Assembly: GCA_963749495.1 (NCBI GenBank)
Contig: CAVVMW010000020.1
Location: 1 to 23,936, forward strand
Length of the DNA stretch: 23,936 nucleotides
Source of the DNA: an uncultured bacterium
GTDB lineage: Bacteria > Verrucomicrobiota > Verrucomicrobiia > Limisphaerales > UBA8199
Direction: 5' to 3'
The translations under genes and the position numbers were made by a program. Below the pieces are notes generated by a model. That model was not told the origin of the DNA, ran no database searches, and saw only the letters and a list, made by a program, of their open reading frames with translations. Of this stretch, positions 8,655 to 16,611 are shown one piece after another. How positions within the stretch are numbered: the stretch's first letter is position 1; the number at the start of each line of letters is the position of its first letter.

Positions 8655-10080
8655 ACTCTGTGGTTGCGGGCAACACGATTTCGAACGTGGTGCCCCGATT
8701 GACTTCGGTCCGGTAGCGCAAAAGCCCGCCGTGTTTTTCGGCGATGCGGGCCGCGATGGCCAAACCCAAGCCGGTTCCCCCCTCTTTGGTAGTAAAGAAA
8801 GGGTCAAAAAGCCGCTTCTGCACTTCCGCCGGAATCCCCTTGCCCGAATCGGTCACGGACAAGATGGCGGCCGACCGGTTGTTTCCGGCGAACGCCCCGG
8901 TCCCGGTCTTGAGGCCCAGCGTAATAACGCCCTTCTTCCCGATACTGTCGGCGGAGTTCTGGATGAGATTGATCAGCACTTGTTTGAGTTGGTAGGTGTC
9001 GGCAAGGATCCAGGCCGGCTGCGAAACCTCGAGCTTCAACTCGATGGTGGCCTGCTCCAGCTCGGAGGTCATGAAGTCCCGCACTTCCTGCAGGATTCGC
9101 TCGGCTGGGATGCGCACCAGTTCCGGCTCGGATGGGCGCGCGAACTGCAAGAAATCCTTCACGATTCGGTCCAAGCGGTTGATCTCCTCGCTGATCGTGC
9201 GGGCATCTTCATTGTCCGCAAAGCCCGGCGGCAGCGATTTCTTAAGGCTGAAGAGGCGGAATTTAATCGCCGTCAGCGGGTTCCGAATTTCGTGGGCGAC
9301 ACCCGTGCCCAGCGCGCCCAGCGCCGCCAGCTTTTCCTGGCGCGCAATCAGGGCCTGGCTCTCGCTGAGTTGGGCGCGCAGGGGGGCAATCATGCCGCGA
9401 TAAACCAACAAAGCCGAAGCGGTCGCCAGGACCGCCAGGAGCAACAAGGAGAGCATGAACAGCCGTTGCAGTGAGAGCAGCGCGCGATCAGATGCCTGGA
9501 CAAAGGCGGCGAAGCCGTCGTGTTCCGCCCGCATAACCTCGTCGCACGTCGTCAGGACCGGCCGATAGGCTTGTTTCACTTGAGCGTAAGCGGCCGCGAA
9601 GCCCTCCGGACCCGCCGGCAGCGAGCTGTTGGTTCGAACCAGAGGATCGACGCGAGCCAAAAAATCCCCGTACGCCGCCTCCAGGGTCCGGAAGGCATTC
9701 CGCTCCGTTGGGGCGACGAAGTTCGTTTTCTTGGCTTCCAGCCAGGTTTTGAGCTCGTGGGCTTCCCGGCGAAAGGTCTCCAGGTCGGCGGGGTGCGCCG
9801 TGAGGTGATAATCGAGCAGCGAGTCGTTGAGTTGGCGCAGGCTCATGCGCAAATTGACGCCGAAATAAAACTTCTCGGCCTTGATCGCCGCGAACCCTTC
9901 CTCCAGGTGTCCCTGCGCCCGCCAGATGTTGCGGTCAATCCCGACAATCAGGAAGGAGACCGCCACGACCGCCAAAACAAAACCGGCCAGGCGGACCCGC
10001 AAGGACGGGCTCCTCCAACTGGCACGCTGGAGACCACTCGTGGAACCAAATGTTCCATCACCAAAATCTTTCATCGTCAT
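8623..10080 (-). CDS. Membrane sensor histidine kinase (2 TM, periplasmic helical sensor, HisKA, HATPase)
   Basis: Two hydrophobic helices, H-box AHEIRNPL, N-box QVLINLIQNS, DSGKGI, FDPFFTTK, GTGLGL. It overlaps the bEBP start. An alternative start is TTG 10002 after GGAGGA. Confidence 0.95.
   Translation of the reverse strand: MTMKDFGDGTFGSTSGLQRASWRSPSLRVRLAGFVLAVVAVSFLIVGIDRNIWRAQGHLEEGFAAIKAEKFYFGVNLRMSLRQLNDSLLDYHLTAHPADLETFRREAHELKTWLEAKKTNFVAPTERNAFRTLEAAYGDFLARVDPLVRTNSSLPAGPEGFAAAYAQVKQAYRPVLTTCDEVMRAEHDGFAAFVQASDRALLSLQRLFMLSLLLLAVLATASALLVYRGMIAPLRAQLSESQALIARQEKLAALGALGTGVAHEIRNPLTAIKFRLFSLKKSLPPGFADNEDARTISEEINRLDRIVKDFLQFARPSEPELVRIPAERILQEVRDFMTSELEQATIELKLEVSQPAWILADTYQLKQVLINLIQNSADSIGKKGVITLGLKTGTGAFAGNNRSAAILSVTDSGKGIPAEVQKRLFDPFFTTKEGGTGLGLAIAARIAEKHGGLLRYRTEVNRGTTFEIVLPATTEYATKDIADRR
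10019..10058. promoter_or_regulatory. Tandem palindromic enhancer for P3, overlapping the HK 5' end
   Basis: CTGGCACGCTGGAGACCAC-tc-GTGGAACCAAATGTTCCAT matches the reverse complement of the P2 boxes at 14/19 and 16/19. It lies 73 bp from the -24 GG. Confidence 0.7.
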
Positions 10081-10129
10081 TTGCCCTCAAAAATCGCGGG
10101 AAATCATCAACTTCCCGGCTTGGCCGCAC

Positions 10130-10145
10130 TGGCACGGATCAAGCT
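10130..10145 (+). promoter_or_regulatory. sigma54 promoter P3 for the REC-REC-Cmk-like operon
   Basis: TGGCACGGATCAAGCT, GG-N10-GC, with the same AAGCT -12 variant as P1 and P2. Confidence 0.78.
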
Positions 10146-10453
10146 GAGGGAATTCCCGCAAGAATCGGACCGCGCCTCGTGAGCGGCAGACATGAAATTG
10201 AGACGCATGAGACGGCAATTCATTCTAAATCCTTTCCGGCTTTTTGCAACGAAGGGAATACGATGAGCCGGCAAATTCAGCTTGCAGCGTTTCGCGGCAC
10301 ATGCTTCGACGTGGCTATTCAGGGCAGCAGGGCGAGGAACGGCTCGGAGCAGGGTGTGGAACGGCGGGCGTTGGCCGAGGAGCCACCGGCAGAGGGCCGT
10401 CGTGGAAGCCGCGGGCCGGGCAAGCCAATCGAAAGGGCGAGATCATTCTCAGC

Positions 10454-10987
10454 ATGAACGACGTGAAGAAACGCGTGCTGGTCGTTGACGATGATGAGTC
10501 GGTTCGCAAATCGATAAGAAAAGTGCTCAAGCAGGCTGGTTATGAGGTGATGACGGCAGTTGACGGTGAAGAGGCGACGGCTCGATTCGTCCCCGAACAA
10601 ATCGACCTGGTGTTGCTGGACCTGAATTTGCCAATCCGGAGCGGCTGGGACGTCTTTGAACGGCTGACGACGCGCTATCCAGTGATCCCCGTGATCATCA
10701 TCACCGGAATGCCCAACCAGTACCAAACTGCGCTGGCCGCGGGAGTGGGCGCGCTGCTGGAAAAACCGATCGAAGTGCCGGTCCTCCTCGAAACCATCGA
10801 GCAATTGCTCAAGGAACCGGCGGAAGCGCGGCTTCGCAGGATGTGCGGCTACCAGCAGAATACAAAATACTCGCGGCCGCCAAATCACGGCGCGGCCGAG
10901 CTTGTGCACCCGGCCGCGATCAGGTCCCACCTGATCCCGCCAGTGACGCGCGACGCCATCCCGGGGTCCAGCGTGAGGCAGAAATAA
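10454..10987 (+). CDS. Receiver-domain response regulator with short C-terminal tail
   Basis: MNDVKKRVLVVDDD, LVLLDLNLP, IIITG, LLEKP. Confidence 0.9.
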   Translation: MNDVKKRVLVVDDDESVRKSIRKVLKQAGYEVMTAVDGEEATARFVPEQIDLVLLDLNLPIRSGWDVFERLTTRYPVIPVIIITGMPNQYQTALAAGVGALLEKPIEVPVLLETIEQLLKEPAEARLRRMCGYQQNTKYSRPPNHGAAELVHPAAIRSHLIPPVTRDAIPGSSVRQK

Positions 10988-10990
10988 ACT

Positions 10991-11530
10991 ATGCCAGCCA
11001 GAATCGGATTGCCGGTAAAAGCCCGGGTGTTGGTGTTGGGGGACGACTCAACCCTCGAGCAGGACGTAGTCGCGGCACTCCGCTCCGAGAGCTGCGAAGT
11101 CATTTTGCCCGCCGACTGCGCTCAAGCGCTCGACTTCATTCGCACCGGTCATGTCGTTGTTCTCGTGCTGGACTTCGACACCCACTCACGGGAGTTTTCG
11201 CGACTCGCGCCGATACTCAGCTTGGCAGAGAGGCGATGCCGGACACTCGTCCTGGCCGACTCCCTCGAACAGTTGACCCTTGCCAGTGAGACCGGAGTGG
11301 ACGGGGTATTGATGAAACCACTCGACCCTAACCAGGGCCGGACTGTGATTCAGCATCTCGTGGCCGGCGTGCGCACGCAGGCTGCCGACGAAGGAGGGCG
11401 CCCCGGCACGGATTGCTTTTCCGAAGCGCAGCCTGATGCATGGCCACGCCGCCGAGCAACTCCGCCGGGTCGCCCCCTGCCCGGTTCTGAGCAGGCCAGA
11501 GAAGGACCTGGAGTGTTGAACGGAGGATGA
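10991..11530 (+). CDS. Atypical/degenerate receiver-domain protein
   Basis: VLVLGDD, VLVLDFD, LVLAD, VLMKP. REC pattern present but lacks the conserved Thr/Ser and MP/NG loop. Low-complexity tail. Confidence 0.7.
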   Translation: MPARIGLPVKARVLVLGDDSTLEQDVVAALRSESCEVILPADCAQALDFIRTGHVVVLVLDFDTHSREFSRLAPILSLAERRCRTLVLADSLEQLTLASETGVDGVLMKPLDPNQGRTVIQHLVAGVRTQAADEGGRPGTDCFSEAQPDAWPRRRATPPGRPLPGSEQAREGPGVLNGG

Positions 11531-12285
11531 ATATGCGGCATGGCTTTGGCAGGCATTTGGCACATATCAACAGCCGTCCGAGGCACAGCGACCGAGCCGT
11601 TTGGGTTTACCATCCGGAGCCGGAGCGCTTGGCCGTGGCCATCTCTGCCCAGACAGGCTCTGGTGCCCTGCAGGTTGCTGAGAGGCTTGCAGAATACCTC
11701 CAAGCGCGCGCTCCCGCCGCCGAACCCCGGTGGCGAGTGTTTGACCGCAGCCTGATGGCCAAGGTTCTGGAAGACCATCATCTGCCCGCCCGCCTGGCGA
11801 AGTTCCTGCCCGAGGACGCCCACAACGCGGTCGATGACGTGCTGGATGAGTTGTTCGGGTTGCACCCGCCGTCCTGGGTCATCGTCCAGCAGTCCATCGA
11901 GACCATCCTGAACCTCGTCCGAGCCGGTAACGTCATCCTGGTGGGCTGGGGCGCCAACGCGGTTGCCAGCAAACTGCCCAACGTTTTCCATGTGCGGGTG
12001 GTGGCCTCGCTGGAGCGGCGAATCGCCAGCGTCCAGGAGCGGGAGCACCTGGGCCGCAAGGAGGCCCTGGCCTTCATCGGGCGCAGTGACCGGGGCCGTG
12101 CGCGGTATGTGAAGCGGTACTTCCACCGGGAGGTTGCGGATGTGTCGCTCTACGGTCTGATCATTAACACGGATCATTTCTCCGATGCCGAAATCGTGCG
12201 CTTGATCGGTGATGCGGTCCTGGATCGGCAGCGCTCGCTCCGCGACAGGGTTCAGATTTTTCCCGCAAGAGAAACTATTATCTAA
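11527..12285 (+). CDS. Cytidylate kinase-like family protein
   Basis: AVAISAQTGSG, FDRSLM, GNVILVGWGAN, FHVRVVASLERRI, SDRGRARYVKRYF, YGLIINTD. Confidence 0.88.
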   Translation: MNMRHGFGRHLAHINSRPRHSDRAVWVYHPEPERLAVAISAQTGSGALQVAERLAEYLQARAPAAEPRWRVFDRSLMAKVLEDHHLPARLAKFLPEDAHNAVDDVLDELFGLHPPSWVIVQQSIETILNLVRAGNVILVGWGANAVASKLPNVFHVRVVASLERRIASVQEREHLGRKEALAFIGRSDRGRARYVKRYFHREVADVSLYGLIINTDHFSDAEIVRLIGDAVLDRQRSLRDRVQIFPARETII

Positions 12286-12543
12286 TAAAACGTCAGGCCG
12301 GATTCATCCATGGCGGGCTGACAACATGGGCCAATCAGGACGAGCGCAAGTATCGCCAGCAGTCGTTGCATAAGCACACGGAGGCATGGCCGCCTACTTT
12401 ACACGCACAGGGAACAAGCCGGCATTCAGCCAGGTTCTTCGGAACTGCGTTTCACAAGCTTGCAATGGCGCCAAGGGCGGCAGAACATCGGCAATGACGT
12501 GGCAAAGGTCCCTCACCTTCGGAGCATTTCCCGAGGGTTGTGG

Positions 12544-12946
12544 TCAAAGGCCTCCGCTGTGGCAGTCGGTGCATAAAAAGCTCGGATCGTAAAGATCCTC
12601 GGGGTGCTGAAACTTCCGCCCTTCGGCGCTGAGTTTCAGAAGGTCGGCACCGTCGCCCTGCGCGAGAATGGTGTGGCAAGCGTTGCAATCGTTGGCCTTG
12701 ATGGTACGTCTCCCGTCCTCGGATTTGTGCCTGCCGTCATGGCAACGGAAACACCCAGGCCAATTCCTGTGGCCTATGTTGTCCGGATACACGCTCCAAT
12801 TGGCCTTCATCGCCGGAAAGAAATTGTCGGCGTAAATCTGTTGGACGAACGGAATGGCCTGGTGAATGCGCGGATCATCCGAGTAACGGTTGACCAGAAA
12901 AGTCGCGATGCCCTCGCGGGCTTCCACTTCGGTTTTGTACGGCCGA
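12544..12946 (-). pseudogene. 3' fragment (3 hemes) of the IS-disrupted NapC/NirT heptaheme cytochrome c
   Basis: CFRCH, CNACH, CTDCH. In frame with the 5' fragment once the IS and one TSD are removed (...VYALT-RPYKTEVEARE...). Confidence 0.92.
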
Positions 12947-12954
12947 GTGAGGGC
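12947..12954. repeat. 8-bp target-site duplication GTGAGGGC, left copy (right copy 15415-15422)
   Basis: Identical 8-mers directly flank both TIRs; 8 bp is typical of IS66. Confidence 0.95.
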
Positions 12955-13051
12955 GTAACTATTCAGGTCTAATCAGGGGAATTTAAGCACCGCCTTCGTT
13001 GGCGCACGAGCTTTGATTCGCTTTTTTCTCACTTTTTTGCTCATCCGTACC

Positions 13052-13080
13052 TGGACTCCAGGCCCCACTCGTGCCATCAT
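13052..13080 (+). promoter_or_regulatory. Possible sigma70-like promoter of the IS operon (near-leaderless)
   Basis: TGGACT-17 nt-CATCAT with an extended TG, 6 nt before ATG 13087; no SD. Confidence 0.3.
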
Positions 13081-13086
13081 CCGGGC

Positions 13087-13956
13087 ATGACCTTGACCGT
13101 GCAGGGCCGTTTGCTCGGTGCGGAGCAGTTGGACCAAGTCCGCCAGTTGCTCGGGCAGCACCCCCAATGGAGTCGCCGCAGGCTGTCCCGCGCGCTGTGT
13201 CAACGGTGGGCTTGGCGGGACCCCAAAGGCCGACTCCAAGACATGGCCGCCCGCGCGCTGTTGGTCAAATTGGAAGCGCGGGGCCTGCTGGTCTTGCCGC
13301 CGCGCCGCTGCGTGCCTTGCAATCGCATGCGCCGCCAGCAACTGCGCCCGGTGGCCCATGGCACCCAACGCCTCGCCGGGCCGCTGGAGGCTTTGCAGCC
13401 ACTGGAGGTGCGGGAATTAAGCCAATGGCCGGACCAACGGCCGCTCTTCGACTGGCTGCTGCATCGCTATCATTATCTGGGCTACACCGGCACGGTGGGC
13501 CTCAATCTGAAGTACCTGGTGCTGGATCGCTGCGGGCAACCGCTCAGTTGCCTGCTCTTTGGCTCGGCCGCCTGGCAGTGCGCCCCCCGCGACCAGTTTA
13601 TCGGCTGGAGCCCCGCCGCGCGGCGCGCGCATTTGCAGGCGCTGACCAACAACACGCGTTTCATCGTGTTGCCCTGGGTCGCCACGCCCAACTTGGCCAG
13701 CCACGCGCTGAGTCTGGTCTTGCGCCGTCTGGCCCAGGACTGGCAGCGCAAATACGCCCGGCCGCTCCATCTGGTGGAGACCTTCGTGAACACCTCCCGT
13801 TTCACCGGCGCCTGTTATCGCGCCGCCAATTGGATCGCGTTGGGCCAGACCACCGGCCGCACCCGCAACGACCGGAGCAATCGGCCCCAGGTCTGCCCCA
13901 AGGCGGTGTGGGTCTATCCGCTGGACCCGCAGTTTCGCCGCCACCTATGCGCCTGA
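13087..13956 (+). CDS. DUF4338 / Druantia DruA-like domain protein
   Basis: N-terminal SRRRLSRALCQRWAW, then HYLGY, GLNLKYLV, RDQFIGWS, NNTRFIVLPWV, NLASHAL, LVETFV, FTGACYRAANWIALGQTTGR. Confidence 0.85.
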   Translation: MTLTVQGRLLGAEQLDQVRQLLGQHPQWSRRRLSRALCQRWAWRDPKGRLQDMAARALLVKLEARGLLVLPPRRCVPCNRMRRQQLRPVAHGTQRLAGPLEALQPLEVRELSQWPDQRPLFDWLLHRYHYLGYTGTVGLNLKYLVLDRCGQPLSCLLFGSAAWQCAPRDQFIGWSPAARRAHLQALTNNTRFIVLPWVATPNLASHALSLVLRRLAQDWQRKYARPLHLVETFVNTSRFTGACYRAANWIALGQTTGRTRNDRSNRPQVCPKAVWVYPLDPQFRRHLCA

Positions 13957-15410
13957 AGAGCCGCCAGCAACTCTTGGCCTTGGCCCGCACGGCCCCAGCC
14001 CGGCTCGTCGAGTGGGCGCTGCGCCTGGCGGCCAGGCTGCGGCAAGTGTGTCGGCAACGGGATGCGCTACGCCGTCAAGTCAAAGAACTCCAAGCCCGCC
14101 TGGCCCTCAACAGCACCAATAGCAGCAAACCGCCCAGCTCGGATGGATTGGCCAAACCGGCCCCCAAGTCCCTGCGCCAAAAAACCGGCCGCCGGCCCGG
14201 CGGCCAGCCCGGGCATCCGGGCCGAACCCTCCAGCCCGTGCGCGAGCCGGATCACGTGCGCATGCATCGGCTCCAACGCTGTCCCTGCGGCGCTTGCCAG
14301 GGCCGGGACTTGCGCTCCGAGCCGGTCCTGGACTACGAGAAGCGCCAGGTCTTCGAGTTGCCCGAAAAGCCGCTGGAAGTGACCGAACACCGGGCCGAGA
14401 TCAAACGCTGCCCCGTCTCCGGGCGGCGGGTCACCGCCACGTTCCCCGAGGGCGTCATCGCCCCGGCCCAATACGGCCCACGCTTCAAGGCCCAGATGGT
14501 CTATCTCAACGACCAGCACTTCATCCCGTATCAGCGGTTGACCCAAATCTGCCAAGACCTCTACGGCCAGCCCTTGAGCGAGGCGACCATCGCCTCGGCC
14601 AATCAACGGGCTTACGAACACCTGGCCCCCTTCGAGCAAACGCTGGGGCAACAGTTGCCCCAAGCCCCGGTCAATCATTGCGATGAGAGCGGCCTGCGCG
14701 TGGCCAAGAGCTTGCACTGGCTTCACGTCGTCAGTAACGCCCACCTCACTTTCTACGGCGTCCATCCCAAGCGCGGCACCGAGGCGATGGATTACTTCGG
14801 CATCCTGCCCCGCTGCACCGGCTTCCTTATCCACGACCATTGGAAACCCTATTTCACCTACGACCAGTGCCTGCACGCCCTGTGCAACGAGCACCATCTG
14901 CGCGAACTCAAGTTCCTGTGGCAAGAACAGCACGAAGCCTGGGCCCAGCAGATGAGCGCCTTCCTGCTCGGCTGCCTGGAACGTCGCAAAAAGCACGGCG
15001 TGTTGGAGGAGTGGCAATTCAAGCGCCTGCGCCGCCAGTATCGCGCCATTGTCCAAGCGGGCCGCCGCCGCCATCCCCGCCAGCAGGGCAACCGGGCGCA
15101 AAGCAAGGCTGCCAACCTGCTGGATCGCCTGGAGGACTTCGAGTGGAGCGTGCTGGCCTTTACCGTCTTTGAGGAAGTCCCGTTCACCAACAACGGCGCC
15201 GAGCGCGACCTGCGCATGGAGAAGACCCGCCAAAAGGTCTCGGGCTGTTTCCGCACCCTGCACGGGGCCAGGGTCTTCGCGCGCATTCGCAGCTACATCT
15301 CCACCTGCCGCAAGCAGGGCCGCAACATCCTTGACGCGCTGGAAAAGGCCGTCGCCGGGCACCCCGTTCATCCCCTCAGCCCCTCCCAGAGGCCCGTAAG
15401 ACCTGAATAG
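13947..15410 (+). CDS. tnpC: IS66-family DDE transposase
   Basis: Coiled coil plus NSTNSSKPPSSD, GGQPGHPG, Zn-ribbon Cys residues, YGPRFKA, HCDESG, IHDHW, LCNEHHLREL, FTNNGAERDLR, KVSGCFR. The stop lies inside the right TIR. Confidence 0.95.
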   Translation: MRLKSRQQLLALARTAPARLVEWALRLAARLRQVCRQRDALRRQVKELQARLALNSTNSSKPPSSDGLAKPAPKSLRQKTGRRPGGQPGHPGRTLQPVREPDHVRMHRLQRCPCGACQGRDLRSEPVLDYEKRQVFELPEKPLEVTEHRAEIKRCPVSGRRVTATFPEGVIAPAQYGPRFKAQMVYLNDQHFIPYQRLTQICQDLYGQPLSEATIASANQRAYEHLAPFEQTLGQQLPQAPVNHCDESGLRVAKSLHWLHVVSNAHLTFYGVHPKRGTEAMDYFGILPRCTGFLIHDHWKPYFTYDQCLHALCNEHHLRELKFLWQEQHEAWAQQMSAFLLGCLERRKKHGVLEEWQFKRLRRQYRAIVQAGRRRHPRQQGNRAQSKAANLLDRLEDFEWSVLAFTVFEEVPFTNNGAERDLRMEKTRQKVSGCFRTLHGARVFARIRSYISTCRKQGRNILDALEKAVAGHPVHPLSPSQRPVRPE

Positions 15411-15414
15411 TTAC

Positions 15415-16493
15415 GTGAGGGCGTAAACTGCGTTGCTCTTGATGTAGGGCAACGCGCGATCAATGTGCCGCAGCGCGATGGCCAGATTGACGGCGTTGTC
15501 GGGGGGCGCATACCGGTGAGCGGGCCGGTTGTGGCAGTCCATGCAATCCATTTTTCGAATTTCGTATCGGCTGAGGTCGTTGGTGAACGTTGATTCTCGA
15601 AAGACCGTGACGACTCCGGCCGGGTTGGTGAGGCGGACCCAGGGGAGCTTCTGACGCGCTTCGTCGGTGGCGATGTATTCGACCCGGTTGCTGATCAACA
15701 TGTGCCAATGGATGCCGCCAACGGGGCCATGGGTGGGGTCTCCACCGCCGACTTTGAGGAGCAAACGCACCGAAAACGGCGTGTTCGTTTGGTCGCCGAG
15801 GAAATAGTTAAAGGTCCGATCGAGGTCACCGACAAATTTCCTGGGCCAATGGCACTGATTGCAGGTTTCCTGGGCTGGGCGAAGGTTCTTGATCGGGGTG
15901 GGGATCGGCCGCGGAAACTTGTTGAACAGGGTCGCATAAACCTGATAAATGCCGGAAAGCTTGGAGCGGACGAACCAGGTTGCGCCCGCGCCGATGTGGC
16001 ACTCCGCGCACTCGACGCGCGCATGCGGCCCATGCTCGTACGTGGTCAATTCCGGTTTCATGACCGTGTGGCAGGCCTGGCCGCAGAATTGAACCGACTC
16101 CGTGAACTGATAGGTTTTGTAGCTGCCCACGGCCGAGATCAGCAGGAAGCACAAACTGGCGGCGATGAAAACTCCGAGAATGCGGCGGTCACGGGGGCGG
16201 GAAAGATCTATTTGCAGCGCCGGCAGTGGTGCTGCAGCCTTCAACCGATGGCGATGCCACAGCGCTCCCAGGAGGGCGAGAGACAGGCCGGTGACGAGGA
16301 ATCCAGGCGCTACCATGTAGGTCAGGATGCCGATGTAAGGATTCGCAAGGTGGGTGGCCGAATCCAGGATGAACAAAAGCAGAAACGAGAACAGGCTGCC
16401 AACGGCGATGACCAGCCCTGACAAACTGAGCCAGTTGCGCAGTAGGGGAGGGCGCGGGCGAATGGGTTCGGAACCCGGTTCAGTGTCTGGCAT
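15415..16493 (-). pseudogene. 5' fragment (3 TM + 4 hemes) of a NapC/NirT-family heptaheme cytochrome c, ImcH-like
   Basis: Three hydrophobic helices, CGQACH, CAECH, RPAQETCNQCH, CMDCH. Terminated by the TAA supplied by the IS end (15411-15413). Confidence 0.92.
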
Positions 16494-16611
16494 GCAGGTA
16501 TTCGCGCCAAACAAGCAGCGCGACTTCAGGGCCAAAAAAGCGCAAGGGCCGCAAAGTCATGAGAATTATAATCCCGTTCATGGTCGCACGGCTTGCAAAC
16601 AGGATTTCCTG

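Larger units (their letters stand above)
12955..15414 (+). mobile_element. IS66-family insertion sequence (2460 bp; no tnpA/tnpB, ISBst12-like) with a DUF4338 passenger gene
   Basis: Perfect 16-bp TIRs GTAACTATTCAGGTCT (12955-12970 and 15399-15414), 8-bp TSD, and an IS66 transposase. Confidence 0.96.

Noticed and set aside
12457..12474. TTGGCGCCATTGCAAGCT on the minus strand resembling P1-P3
   Set aside because: GG-to-GC spacing is 11 rather than 10, and there is no convincing UAS.
12947..12958. 12-bp direct repeat GTGAGGGCGTAA as the TSD
   Set aside because: On the left, GTAA belongs to the TIR. The target happens to continue with GTAA on the right. An 8-bp TSD fits the TIR symmetry.
13071..13946. 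779-aa transposase ORF starting at 13071
   Set aside because: The first 292 codons are an off-frame shadow of the DUF4338 gene. Transposase-like sequence begins at ATG 13947.
13087..13956. Complete Druantia defence system
   Set aside because: Only a DruA-like domain inside an IS; no DruE helicase or other dru genes.
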